From assembly GCA_963825865.1 (NCBI GenBank), contig CAWGVG010000003.1, positions 160,001 to 224,000 on the forward strand: a DNA stretch of 64,000 nucleotides, given 5' to 3'. The DNA is from an uncultured Nitrososphaeraceae archaeon. GTDB lineage: Archaea > Thermoproteota > Nitrososphaeria > Nitrososphaerales > Nitrososphaeraceae. Shown piece after piece: positions 1 to 11,555 of the stretch (its first letter is position 1; every line of letters begins with the position of its first letter). Position numbers and translations under genes: made by a program. A model generated the notes under the pieces. The model searched no databases and was not told the origin of the DNA. It saw only the letters and a list, made by a program, of their open reading frames with translations.

Positions 1-547
1 TGTGGAATTAGAAGAAATAGATATGTAGCCAAAGTACTTAGAGAATCAAAAATTGCTACCTTGATACTTTGACTAGACATTTTAGATTCGATATAAATTT
101 ACTGGCTAATAGATTCATTGATGTTACTAATTGGATTATAGATTATAATAGGAACAATCTGGCATTGGTATTATTAATAGTACACAAATACCAACAGAGA
201 GCAAAGAAAAGAAGAATAGCTTCTTAAATCTAAATATAGGTCATTTTGGTGCCACTACAGGTGCAGGAGCGGCCCTGGTTGCATCTTCAAAGCTTCAAGA
301 TAATAATAACAACAATTATGCCATTGTCAACGCAATAGTGTCAAGAGTAGGAAGACCTGATCTAGCAGGAGAACATGGGTTATCAACAGTGAGATCACAT
401 ACATTATTGATTATTGGTAGTAATGATGCAGTAGTCATCGAATTAAATAAACAAGCTCTAAATTATTTAACAAATACATTACAAGAAAGTGAATTAGTAA
501 TTGTTCCTGGAGCAACACATCTTTTTGAAGAACCAGGAACACTATAG
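1..547 (+). pseudogene. Alpha/beta hydrolase (dienelactone hydrolase-like), degraded/partial
   Basis: Motifs GHFGATTGAGAAL (upstream frame), VSRVGRPDLA, LLIIGSND and VPGATHLFEEPGTL; interrupted and ends prematurely. Confidence 0.7.
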
Positions 548-670
548 ACAGGTCTTGACACAATACAGATAGCATGAGGTTAAAATTTTTTTAAATGGTG
601 GTCCTGTGTAATAATAGAAAAATTCCTATGATTTTTATCAGTCCTTAAACGAGAAAGTATTGTATAGATA

Positions 671-1579
671 TTGTCACTACAGGTAGCGAAAATCAAAGGA
701 ATACCTATCCGTTTACATTTTACTTTAATTATTGCCTTTTTTCTAATATCTTGGACACTTGCAGCAACGCTAATGCCTCAAATATATCGTTATCCCGGTC
801 ATACGACTGTACATTATTGGATTATGGGTGTACTGGGTGCGGCTATAGTTTTTATATCTGTACTTTTACACGAATTAGCACATTCCATTTTAGCACTAAG
901 GTATGGCATTAGAGTACGCCAGATAATGCTCTTCATTTTTGGTGGAGTTTCAGATATAGAAGAAGAAGAATACAAGTGGGAACAAGAAGGAGAAATAATA
1001 GGACCATCAAAAATGGACTTTCGCAAAGAGTTTAAAATTGCAGTAGTGGGTCCTTTGACGAGTTTTATTATTGCAAGTGTGCTAGCATTGGCATGGTGGA
1101 TATTGGTTCAAACTGATACTACAGGAGGAGGATTTACGGTTACTACTAGCACTACTATTACTACAATTAATATAGCAAAAAGGATTGCAGAAGGTGTTCT
1201 TCAATATGGTGCAGTTGTAAACACACTTCTTGGAGGATTTAATCTTATACCTGCATTTCCATTAGATGGTGGCAGAATATTGCGTTCTGCTTTATTACAA
1301 TGGAAAAAAGATTATGATCAGTCTACAAAAATTGCAGTAAAAATTGGAATATCAATATCCTACGGGTTTATGGCACTAGGCTTTATGACCATGATCTCCG
1401 GGGAATTCGTTAGTGGAATATGGATACTACTCATAGGCTGGTTTCTAAACACCGGCGCTCAATCTTATTTGCAACAACAAGGAAATCAGCAAGTTTGCAA
1501 GAAAACAATAACAAATGAGGACTACTACTACACCGTGTCTACAAGTTTACAGGACCCCTTTGCTAAAGCCTTCGAATGA
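671..1579 (+). CDS. Site-2 protease (peptidase M50 zinc metalloprotease); C-terminus probably truncated or replaced after ~1480
   Basis: HELAH zinc motif, FNLIPAFPLDGG motif and multiple TM helices; the usual C-terminal CBS pair is absent. Confidence 0.9.
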   Translation: MSLQVAKIKGIPIRLHFTLIIAFFLISWTLAATLMPQIYRYPGHTTVHYWIMGVLGAAIVFISVLLHELAHSILALRYGIRVRQIMLFIFGGVSDIEEEEYKWEQEGEIIGPSKMDFRKEFKIAVVGPLTSFIIASVLALAWWILVQTDTTGGGFTVTTSTTITTINIAKRIAEGVLQYGAVVNTLLGGFNLIPAFPLDGGRILRSALLQWKKDYDQSTKIAVKIGISISYGFMALGFMTMISGEFVSGIWILLIGWFLNTGAQSYLQQQGNQQVCKKTITNEDYYYTVSTSLQDPFAKAFE

Positions 1580-2155
1580 GCTTTGTTCAAGCTATATTCA
1601 TACTAAATTAGTCATCTCCCTTTTTTTCACATCGTCAGCATTACTTCTAAATCCGTGTAAAAACACGAATTGCACGGGCATATTACACTATTTGTGTGGT
1701 TCATCGTCAGACGTATACAGGTGGTTGATCAGGTGAGCAGATATTGTTCTCTTTTTATATATTTGTAAATGTCCAATTACCACGTATTCTTATTACTTGG
1801 TCCAAAAATAGGCTCTAGGCTACACATTGAATGTGCTTAACTAAGAGCTAATTTCACTACTTTTGTTTTTATTTTTATCTTTTTGATGGTAATTTAGCTT
1901 TCTCTTGTTCCAATATTTCTCTTAGTTTTTATTCTTCTTGTTCTCTCATCTTGATCCCTTCCAAGAAGAAGAACTGCAGCATCTTAATTACATCATTTTT
2001 AACATCTGGAGAGATCTTTATTGTATCTTATATGATTTTTTTCCGACACAATGGAAAGTCTTTAGCTCTAAATACTGCTCCCACAACGGATTATCATGGA
2101 TTGTTGAGATTTATATAACACTCGATTCTAATAAAGAAATGGGCATTATAAAATT

Positions 2156-2378
2156 ATGACCCCGGGAGAAGGACAGCCTTTGGAAAAGGGCAGCAACAAG
2201 AACTCATCTCCAGATCAGTCGTGGTTCGATAGGAACATGTACCTGCAAAACATGTGATCATGGCCTTGTAAGGGATTGTCTTAAAATAAGATGTACGTGC
2301 TGCAAAGGACATGATCATTCAATGGTTCTAGATGGAATAGAAGGATTTCCACCAACAAGTGATAATAGCAACGGATAG
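2156..2378 (+). CDS. Small Cys/His-rich metal-binding protein (frameshifted)
   Basis: ATG at 2156 reads MTPGEGQPLEKG...; the adjacent frame reads GTCTCKTCDHGLVRDCLKIRCTCCKGHDHSMVLDGIEGFPP...* ending at 2378. Confidence 0.5.
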
Positions 2379-2634
2379 GAGGTGATATTAATGTCTGAGC
2401 GTATTCTCGGACAGCAACAAATTTCACATTTATCTTTGCGATGACTAGTGGGGTCTTGGGACAGGTGTTATCATAATTGTTGCCAAAGCTTCGGATTATC
2501 CCTTGCTAATGTCCATCAAGACACAAGTAGGAAGAAGAAACAACGAAGTCATCTTCAAACGTAAAAACAAGCTAATTGGAATCATATAATAATACTGACG
2601 TGTAGGATGATAATAAATTGTTAGATGATGCTGT

Positions 2635-4078
2635 TTGGAAGGACTATTAGTATCGGAATATGATCATGACGGCGGCAGCGATATTGCATTAGCTACTGAT
2701 TTTTACCAATTAACGATGGCTGCTGCATACTACCACTCTAATAATGGTGATCTGAAGGGTATGAAAAAGAATGGAATCTTTGAAATGTTTGTCAGAAAGC
2801 TTCCATCAAACAGATCGGTACTTTGTGGCCGACAGGTCTTGAACAAGCAATTTACTTTCTTATGAAGATAAAGTTCAACGACAAACATATATCTTATCTA
2901 AAGTCTCTCGAGGCTTTCAAAGATGTTGGCCAAGACTTTTTCGAATATCTAGGGAGATTTAAATTTACTGGGGCTGTTTGGGCAGTACCTGAAGGTACTA
3001 TTCTATTCCCTAATGAGCCTATTATAAGGATAGAAGCGCCCATAATTGAAGGACAAATAGTTGAAACATATCTGTTGTCTACAATAAATTTTCAAAGCTT
3101 AATAGCAACTAAGGCATCAAGGATAGTCACAGGCAGCAAGAGGGAAATCGTCAATCATAGAATTTGGTTCTAGGCGTGCTCATGGACCTCAAGCGGGACT
3201 TTTAGCCGCTAGGGCTAGCTATATTGGAGGATGCGTTGGAACTTCAAATGCACTTGCCGGCTACAAGCTAGGCATACCGGTATTTGGAACTATGGCTCAT
3301 TCATTTATCATGAGTTTTGAAAATGAAGAAGAGGCATTCAAACAATTTAGCAAAATATTTTCATCCGGGTTTTTGCTAGTTGACACCTATGATAGTATAG
3401 CAGCTGTAAAAAAGATAATCAGATTAGGGATTCATACAAATGGCATAAGACTTGATAGCGGCGATCTGTATTATCTAAGCGTAGAATCCAGAAGGCTACT
3501 TGATAACTCTGCTGGCTATAAGGACACCAAGATAATGGCAAGCGGAGATCTAAATGAATACATAATACGTGACCTTGTTGACAGAGGCGCTCCTATAGAT
3601 TCCTTTGGCGTAGGAACTGAGCTAAGTACATCGAAGAGATGACCCGGCAATGAATGGAGTCTACAAATTAGTGGCTGTAAGGATGCATGCCACACAAGAA
3701 GAAGATGATAAGAAAAAAAAGAGTCGAGGTAATAACATAAGATATAAGCTAAAGACCAGCCCGGGGAAGGAAACTTATCCTGGTCCTAAACAAATACAGA
3801 GGATAACGGAAAATGGTAAGATAAAAAAAGATGTGATAATACTAGAAGGCGAAAAAGAGATTCGTGGCGATCCAGGAGTCCCTTTACTAAGAAAATTATT
3901 TGATAAAGGAAACCTTTTATGCGAAATGCCTTCATTATGGGATATTCAGAGATATTGCTTTCAACAGATAGAATTACTTCCCACTCGATTCAAGGATTTA
4001 GATTTTGCACCAGGAGAATTTCCAGTAATGTACAGTGACAAACTGAAGTCTATAGCACATGATTTCAAAGCCTGGTAA
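2635..4078 (+). CDS. pncB: Nicotinate phosphoribosyltransferase (several 1-bp frameshifts)
   Basis: ATDFYQLTMA, EFGSRRAHG, GTMAHSFIM, LVDTYD, IRLDSGD, SFGVGT and GVYKLV spread over four ORF pieces. Confidence 0.92.
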
Positions 4079-4260
4079 TGTTGTAAGCATAATAACAAAA
4101 AATACCTAAGAAAGTATATTTTAGATATTATTGTTTGATTACTTCGTTATAACCATCATTTAAGAATCATAAAATAATTTCTATCCACTTTTGATAGTAT
4201 TTATTTGAATTTAGCTATTCTTATACCTGTAAATGGCGAGTCGTCGATCCGAATTCATAG

Positions 4261-4434
4261 GCTCTTATTACGATTGAAGCTGATGCAACACTAGGAGACG
4301 CAGCAGAAATGATGATGAAGAAAAAAATCCGCAGACTTTTGGTTAAACAAAACGACACATATATTGGAATAATAACCCAACGTGATCTGCAAAGATTAAT
4401 GATAGATACAATCAGATCTTTGTCTATTACGTAA
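4261..4434 (+). pseudogene. CBS domain C-terminal fragment
   Basis: Reads LITIEADATLGDAAEMMMKKKIRRLLVKQNDTYIGIITQRDL...*; no N-terminal half. Confidence 0.7.
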
Positions 4435-4816
4435 TTTAGTGCAATCCAAGTAACACTACAAAATCTGGTAGATCTTAATGATAACAAAGATTCTTCGTCT
4501 TCGAAACAATATAGTATACATACTAACAAAATGATATTTTATAAAAAAAAGCATTGGAAATGACTTGCATTATTTAATATTCAAAAAACAAGTATCAACC
4601 AGAACCATCGTGAGAAGAAGCCGATTCAGTTGTAGTTATCGTAGTAGTAACAGTGCTACTATTAAGACGAAGGATTCTGTTAGAGTGTAGGAGGGTAGTG
4701 TGTATTTTCGTATCAATTCTTAAAGGATTATCAGTATTAATAACATCTTATTATGATGCATTTTATTGTCGAAAGAGCAGAGAGCGAGCTAATGCCGATC
4801 TTCTTCTCCCGCTGCC

Positions 4817-5257
4817 TTATTTCCACTGCCATTCTTTATTTGAAATGTTTCCAACCTCATCTGTTTCAGATTTAAAAACAGTCATAACGTTATTGAGAAA
4901 AGCAAGATTTCCTCGCGATGAGGCTGTCCTGTAAAATGCTGAACCATGCAATAACTTCTTGTTGCCTTCCTTTGCAACATTTTCAATTCCTTGGCTTGTC
5001 CATGTTGCCATTTCTCTTCCATCTTTGATAGTTATTATTCCTTGTCCTTGGCTATAGAATATTTCGCTACTTCTTCTAGTAGAACTTATAAGTGTCCCAT
5101 TATCTGTGACACTAACATTGCCATTCATAATTCCATCCAGGGAGATAATATATTCTATCTGAACTTCTGGTTCCACAGCCAATATTCTCTGACTGATAAC
5201 CTTGCCCTTTTCTTCAAAAAATGGATTTCCTAATGAAATAATATCTCTATCAGTCAT
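4817..5257 (-). CDS. Hypothetical beta-rich protein (146 aa)
   Basis: Clean ORF with protein-like composition ending in EWQWK. Confidence 0.65.
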   Translation of the reverse strand: MTDRDIISLGNPFFEEKGKVISQRILAVEPEVQIEYIISLDGIMNGNVSVTDNGTLISSTRRSSEIFYSQGQGIITIKDGREMATWTSQGIENVAKEGNKKLLHGSAFYRTASSRGNLAFLNNVMTVFKSETDEVGNISNKEWQWK

Positions 5258-5334
5258 ATACTATTCGCTCTATATTATGCATCTTTCTTTAATAATATTT
5301 GAGTGCTTTGATGATGATGGCCACATATATTTAA

Positions 5335-5830
5335 TTGCAGATTGATAATAATAATAATAATATGAAAATTTTAAATGCTGATCCTTCATTTGCTAGGCCA
5401 TTATCCGAGAATGAAATAAGGAATTTTTTGACCGATACGAAACTGAATATCCATATTGCTACTATTGACGATAAAGGACATCCTAACATACATCCAGCAT
5501 GGTACTACTTTGATAGTACTAACAATAAGACTTTACGTTGAAACAGCCAAGAATTCAAAGAAGGTAGAGAATTTGAGGAGGAGAGATAACGTCATCTATT
5601 ATTGTGTTGATGTCCCGTGTCTGCCGTATAAGGGAGTTAGAGGCAAGGGAAGGGTGAGGATTCATGTAGATGTTAATCACAATATACCCATAGCTGAAAA
5701 GATAATGGTTAGATATCTAGGAAGCCTAGCGCATCCCATTGCAACATCCATTATGAGCAGTGTCAAGAATGGAGATTCAGTTATTTTAGAAATTACACCA
5801 AGTTACTATTCAACATGGGATGAGTCTTAG
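5335..5830 (+). CDS. Pyridoxamine 5'-phosphate oxidase-like (split barrel, FMN/F420-binding) protein, frameshifted
   Basis: IATIDDKGHPNIHPAWY, SKKVENLRR, YKGVRGKG. Confidence 0.8.
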
Positions 5831-5981
5831 ACAAAGTAGCCGATTGATAAAAGACAAACTTCAAATTAGATCCTTATGAGTTAACCATTTGGTAATAGAT
5901 ACTATTATTTGACAACTTGGAATGTTATGCGATGCAGTGCAGACGCACTTCCTTATATATTAAGAAATGTTAACATAATTC

Positions 5982-6531
5982 ATGTCATCTGACTCAGGTT
6001 CAGAAAAAAAAGGAGATAACAAAAAGAGAGGAGCCTAGAGGCATTAGTCGCAAAGCTCCACGATACCATATGCAAGACATTTTCGATGACTTTAGGAAAG
6101 ATATAGAAGATTTTATGGAACGCTCTTGGTGGCCGTCGTCATCGTTTATGAGGTTACCGTCATTATCATTGAGAGCACCAGCTTTTGGTAAAGACACAAG
6201 AATGGCCGTATGTGATGTAGTCGACAAGGGAGACAAATATGAACTGCAGGTAGAAGTGCCAGGGATTGAAAAGGATAAAATAGATGTCAAAGCAACAAAG
6301 GATGCTATCGAAATTTCTGGAGAAAAATCAGAGAAAACTGAAGAGAAAGGGAGAAACTACCTATACAACGAAAGGTCATACAAATCATTTCATAGAAGAA
6401 TTGCAATTCCAGAAGAAATAATACCTTCAAAAATTGAGGCGAAAATGAATAATGGCGTATTAGTGATAGACGCTGCAAAGAAGACACCTACGAAAGTAGA
6501 AGAAAAAATGACAAAGGTAGAAGTTAAATAG
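5982..6531 (+). CDS. Small heat shock protein Hsp20 (frameshift in poly-A near the 5' end)
   Basis: DVVDKGDKYELQVEVPGIEKDKIDV, ERSYKSFHRRI, AKMNNGVL. Confidence 0.92.
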
Positions 6532-6983
6532 AAAAAAGATACGAAGAAGAAGAGAAAGTTTCTTTTTTTATATTTTTTGTTTTGCTTATTGTTTATAAGG
6601 CATCTATTATTCGAATTTAGGTTTTTTAATAGAAGTGTGAATGTAATAGATAGCAATATCCCCTTTATCATTATTTTTTTATGCCAAATCTTTTTTTCCT
6701 TTTTCTTAGCCTATATCTTAAGGAATTGAAAAATGGGCTTGGCTACAATGTTCAATTAGTAATGATCCTGCTTCTACCTTAGAATCTGGAAGCAGTATCA
6801 TCAGAATGAGCATGTTGTACTACTCTCTTGATGTTTGTTCTAAACACTTAGCAGCATTTATACTTGTTCTAGCCAGATCTTTGTATGTCCTGGTCTAAAA
6901 TATAGTAAACGTCAGATTACTTATAATATATTTTATCTACAATGAAAAGGCTCGAGAAGAGAAAAAAATTGGTGCTGACGATT

Positions 6984-8212
6984 TTATTCAGTTATGTGTC
7001 TAACAGATTCCTTTTGCCTACCTGATCTCTTGTGTCCTAATTGATTCTTTAAGCTATCGCTCATTTGATCAAACATTTTAGCTAGATCCCATCCCATATT
7101 CGTATATGTGTGACGCCTGTATGGTGGTACTTATATTAACATCAACCTCATATCTTCTTCTTTGTCCCTGAATACCTCTCAGTTTCATTCGGCATCTTGC
7201 TTCTTCAATCTCAGGCGATACTTTGCTTAAGAATTTAATCAGGTTTGTAAACTTTGACTTTGCAAGTTCAGCATCAAAAGGATCATCTGGCAATCCTATG
7301 ATGAATGCAGGAATTTCATGCTCTACTTTTTCTCCTAATAACGCAATTATATCCCTATATGTGATTATTCCTTGAATTTCATCAAATTGTTTTACTACAG
7401 AGTATGTTGAACCTGTATTTAACATCAGACCTGACAAGGAATGTATGGAATCATCTACAGCTGATACTGTAACATTCTGATCTAACATGCCAGTTACTGG
7501 CATATCTAGTCTGCTAAGTATATTATCAATTCCAATTGATTTTCTACCAATTCTTTCTGACGGTAGCATACATTCTAAAACATGATTTGATGTTAGTATT
7601 CCTTTCAGAGTAGGTGGACCTTTTCGCTCTTTTTCAACAACAGGAAGGTGATCGATTCTGCGTCTTATCATTATATCTTTAGCCGTAGATATTCGATCCT
7701 TTGTCATTATCGTTATAGGGCTAGGAGTCATTATATCGGAGGCAGTGATCCTAGCATGGCCTACTCCAGCTGAAGCTTCTCTTTTTTCTGTAATTTTAGC
7801 GTCGTACATAGCTTTCATAATCGCTTTGGCAGAAATCTGTCCTACTATATCATTGTGGTGAGACTCTATTACCGGCAATGCTCTAAGTCTATATAGACTC
7901 ATTATTCTTGCCGCCTGTCCTATATTGTCTTTATCAGCAAGCGTAGGAATTCTGTTACCTAAAATAGATGGTTTTGCGAGCACTAATGTCTCGCACTGAA
8001 ATTAAGTCTCTTATATTGATGCTTACTACAGCCGTACCTGTTAGATGTATAAATATGTCATACGCATTTTTTTCTGTCAAGATACCTATAATCTTTGACA
8101 CAGAAGTATTAGTATCAGTTACAACCGGAGGTTCAATTAACTCTTTTACATATCTAGTGCGGAAATCTCTTAACGATTCATACAACTGGATGTTCATTTC
8201 TTTTAGTATCAT
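6984..8212 (-). CDS. Four-CBS plus C-terminal HPF/RaiA-like domain protein (putative archaeal ribosome hibernation factor); two frameshifts
   Basis: Four CBS motifs, then IPAFIIGL..AKSKF..EEARCRMK..RRRYEVDVNI and, after a frameshift, HTYTNMGWDLAKMFDQMSDSLKNQL. Confidence 0.7.
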
Positions 8213-8861
8213 ATTCTAACACACACACAATCAGATCAGGATCTCTATAACTATTTACTATATATATTGTGCATTGCTGTGCATTCTCACTTCTAAAATG
8301 TAATAGTCGCATACCAGATATTACTGAATTTTTATGTACCGATATATAAAACATCCTCACTAGTATTGATAATCACAACATTGCCTGTAGACAAGTCGGA
8401 TGGATCTAAGACTGTGGATGAGTTGAATTCAGTTAAGCCATAAGAATGTTAATCTCATACCTATATTGCGATGCTGTCCATTAAGAAGCAGTTTAGCAAA
8501 TAAACTACTAATATTATGTTATTATTCTTGTCTGCATAATGCAAGGGTAGAAAAATGGTAGAAGAACCAAATCCGCAATTTCTGATAAAAAGTAAATATA
8601 AAAATCATGATACTGTAAGTTTCGTTGACTCGATGAGGGGGATGATGAGGACGAGCTATTCATTTTTTCTTGTTGTTTATATTATACTAACATGAGTCTT
8701 ATCTTTTTTGTTTGAACAATTGTAGAACAGGTAACATTTCCAATATCAACTACTTTTCTTGATAAAAACAATCACAAACATCATCAACAATCTCGACTCC
8801 TTGTGTTGCTAGTTGTTCGCTCCATCTTCTCAAATGTGTCTACCAGGTAAAAAAATACAAT

Positions 8862-9907
8862 AGATTTCTTGCGTAATTAGCAGCTATAGTCTAACACCCT
8901 ACTTGTTTTAGCCGTCTTCTTAGATTGAAATGCTGTCAGACTGTATAACTCTGAAGTTCAGGAGACCGGATATTATATCAGATACGTTATTGTACTTCCT
9001 TAATCTGTTTCTAAATTTAGTACCCATTATTCCAAACTTTTTGATTTTACATATGGTATGTTCTACTATGATCCTTAGCCTAGAATGATTCTTGTTGTAA
9101 GTTCTTTCATCACATGAAAGCAATGTACCCTTTTTCTTTTTGATACGAAGTACAGACTTTACAGTGGGAAAGTCCTTTTCAATGCCAAGATAACCAAGAT
9201 CAACTATGTTTTCAACTTGTGATGGAGTTATAGAATGATTGTGTTTGTAAATGTCATAATCATGTTTTCTTCCACTTCTGTGACCTGTCTTATGCAGTAT
9301 CAATCCTTCACTGTTTACCATCAATTGTGTCTTGACAGTATGTTTCTTCTTTCTACCTGAATAGTAACTCTTCCTTCTTCTTTTGTTCTTAGGTCTTGGA
9401 ATTTCTTGTTCTGTAGAGTCTATGAAAGCCTTGAATCCAGGAAAGTACTCTTCTACTTCATCTATAGTTCTTAATCTCCTAGTACGTTTGTATATCTTCT
9501 TTGGCAATGGAATACACTCCTTGATAAGTGGTTCCATCATTGATATATCTCTACAAACATTGCTTTGATCAAGGTCAAACAGAAATCCTGATAATGTATA
9601 TGTAATGTATAATCTGTAGTATACTAGAAGCATAACGAATCTTTCTTTAACTTTAAGCTTAAATGGTCTACCAGCACCTATATCCCGTATTCTCGTCCTT
9701 GATAGAAGACGTCTTCTTTCGTGCTCTTCGTAGTTATGTTCAATTTCGTTACAAATGGATTCAAATTCAGATACAGTTACTCCGGTAAATGACCTGAATA
9801 TCAAAGGTTTCTTACATAATTTGCTATAGGACATCAAAGAGCTTGTCAGATAGATATCCTATGTGAAGAGGAATATAGCTCTAAGCTTCTAATTACACAA
9901 GAGATCT
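8862..9907 (-). mobile_element. IS5-family (ISL2-like) insertion sequence, copy 1
   Basis: TIRs AGATTTCTTGCGTAATTAG (8862-8880) and CTAATTACACAAGAGATCT (9889-9907) enclose the transposase; no matching TSD. Confidence 0.92.
8920..9837 (-). CDS. IS5-family DDE transposase (HTH + DDE)
   Basis: FIDSTEQEIPRP, YYSGRKKKHTVK, DLGYLG, RIIVEHTI. Confidence 0.93.
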   Translation of the reverse strand: MMSYSKLCKKPLIFRSFTGVTVSEFESICNEIEHNYEEHERRRLLSRTRIRDIGAGRPFKLKVKERFVMLLVYYRLYITYTLSGFLFDLDQSNVCRDISMMEPLIKECIPLPKKIYKRTRRLRTIDEVEEYFPGFKAFIDSTEQEIPRPKNKRRRKSYYSGRKKKHTVKTQLMVNSEGLILHKTGHRSGRKHDYDIYKHNHSITPSQVENIVDLGYLGIEKDFPTVKSVLRIKKKKGTLLSCDERTYNKNHSRLRIIVEHTICKIKKFGIMGTKFRNRLRKYNNVSDIISGLLNFRVIQSDSISI

Positions 9908-9959
9908 TTTCTTTGTAGACGATATTTCATTCTAATGAAAAGGATACTCTACATTTCAT

Positions 9960-11085
9960 TTAACTTAGATCCACATTTCTAGTGTCAGGATTTAGTCTTG
10001 AACCTGCAAATATTATTGCAGCACCAATTATGACATTTAATGCTAGTGCAAACGGTATAAGAAGATTTGAGGAGGAGGAGGAGGAGGAGGAGCCTGCACG
10101 CGATAAAAGGTTTATGGCAATAAGCGGGGACCATGAACCAATTATTAATCCACCATTGTAAGCAAAACCTGAAGCAGTATTTCTTATTTCAGTTGGAAAT
10201 CTTTCTGATAGAAATGCAGGTATTGGCCCAAAAGCGGTTGAAGACACAAATACCACCATAGAGGCATAAAGTACTTTTTCATTAATATTTGTAGTATGGT
10301 ATAGGCCATATAGCAATGGTACTGCAAGTATTATAGATGCTGATGCAAAAACAGTCAGCGTTTTCATTCTTCCAATATACTGGCTTACAAGTCCGGTAAG
10401 TATAGTACCAATCATAGCTGCAACTGTTACAACAATCATTATTGCAGCAACTTCGTTTTTGTTTATCTTAACGTACTTTTCTAAAAAAGTAGGCATAAAG
10501 CCAATAGAAGTATAATAAGAGTACAAAAGACCAGTCATAACTATTAAAGCAAGTAAAAAGCGCTTTCTTTGTTTTTTGTCAGATATTACGTCTTTTAAGG
10601 GAGTTTTGGATATTACCTTTTCTTTTGATTTTTTAAGCCATATTTGCGATTCGTCCATCTTAAGCCTTATGAATAACGCAAGTAATCCTGGTATAATTCC
10701 CGTGAAGAACATTACTCTCCATCCTATTTCTATAAATAATTGTCCGGGAAAGGCGAGCAAGTGCTAGCCCATACGCAAGTGATGCAATTACAAATCCAAA
10801 AGAATATCCACTTTGTACAAATCCAGAGAGCAATCCACGCATACTTTTCGGTGCTGTCTCCATTGTGATTACAGAACCATTTGCCCATTCGCCTCCAGCA
10901 AATAATCCTTGAGAAAACCTTAAAATTATAAGCGATATGGGAGATAGTATGCCAGCAGTTGGCCAGGTTGGAATTAAGCCAGTTAGAAATGTAACAATTG
11001 AAAATCCCAGGATTGTTATTATCATTGCTTTTTTTCTTCCATGTTTGTCTCCAAAATTTCCAAAAATAGCTCCCCCAACTGGTCG
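9960..11085 (-). pseudogene. MFS transporter (metabolite:H+ symporter-like); 5' truncated, one frameshift
   Basis: RPVGGAIFGNFGDKHGRKKAM, RFSQGLFAGGEW, SERFPTEIRNT; the first TM helix and part of the second are missing where accB ends. Confidence 0.85.
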
Positions 11086-11123
11086 CTACAGAGCCGTTCC
11101 ATTATTATATTCTGTTATTGCCT

Positions 11124-11555
11124 TTATTCAAACGTTACGAGAATCTCTCCTGTCTTTACTGGTTGGTCTTTAGAGGCTTTAATTTCCTTTATTGTGCCAG
11201 ATGCTGGGGACTTGATTTGGATCTCCATTTTCATAGCTTCGATGATTACAACAACCTGGCCTTCTTTTACGTGGCTCCTTGCCTTAGCGAAAACGTCTTT
11301 CACCTTGCCGCTTATAGGCGCCTTTATTTCTTTAAGTTGCGCATAGCTCAAAGAACTTTCAGAGAGCAGATATGTCATACCATTTATTATCATGAGAGAG
11401 GGCTCTCCTTCCTCAACAAAATCCAAGTAAAATGTCTTTTCATCTATTGTAATTTTATCCTCGTTTATCTTTGCAGCAAGTTCTCTGCCATTGATTCTTA
11501 CTTTTTCGCCGATAATTTCTACATCGTACTTGGTCCCGTTAACTTGGATTTTCAT
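11124..11555 (-). CDS. accB: Biotin carboxyl carrier protein
   Basis: EAMKME biotinylation motif, IKAPISG. Confidence 0.95.
   Translation of the reverse strand: MKIQVNGTKYDVEIIGEKVRINGRELAAKINEDKITIDEKTFYLDFVEEGEPSLMIINGMTYLLSESSLSYAQLKEIKAPISGKVKDVFAKARSHVKEGQVVVIIEAMKMEIQIKSPASGTIKEIKASKDQPVKTGEILVTFE

Noticed and set aside
2635-4078. Programmed ribosomal frameshifting in pncB and other split genes
   Set aside because: The shifts are numerous, lack slippery sites and occur window-wide; error or decay is more parsimonious.
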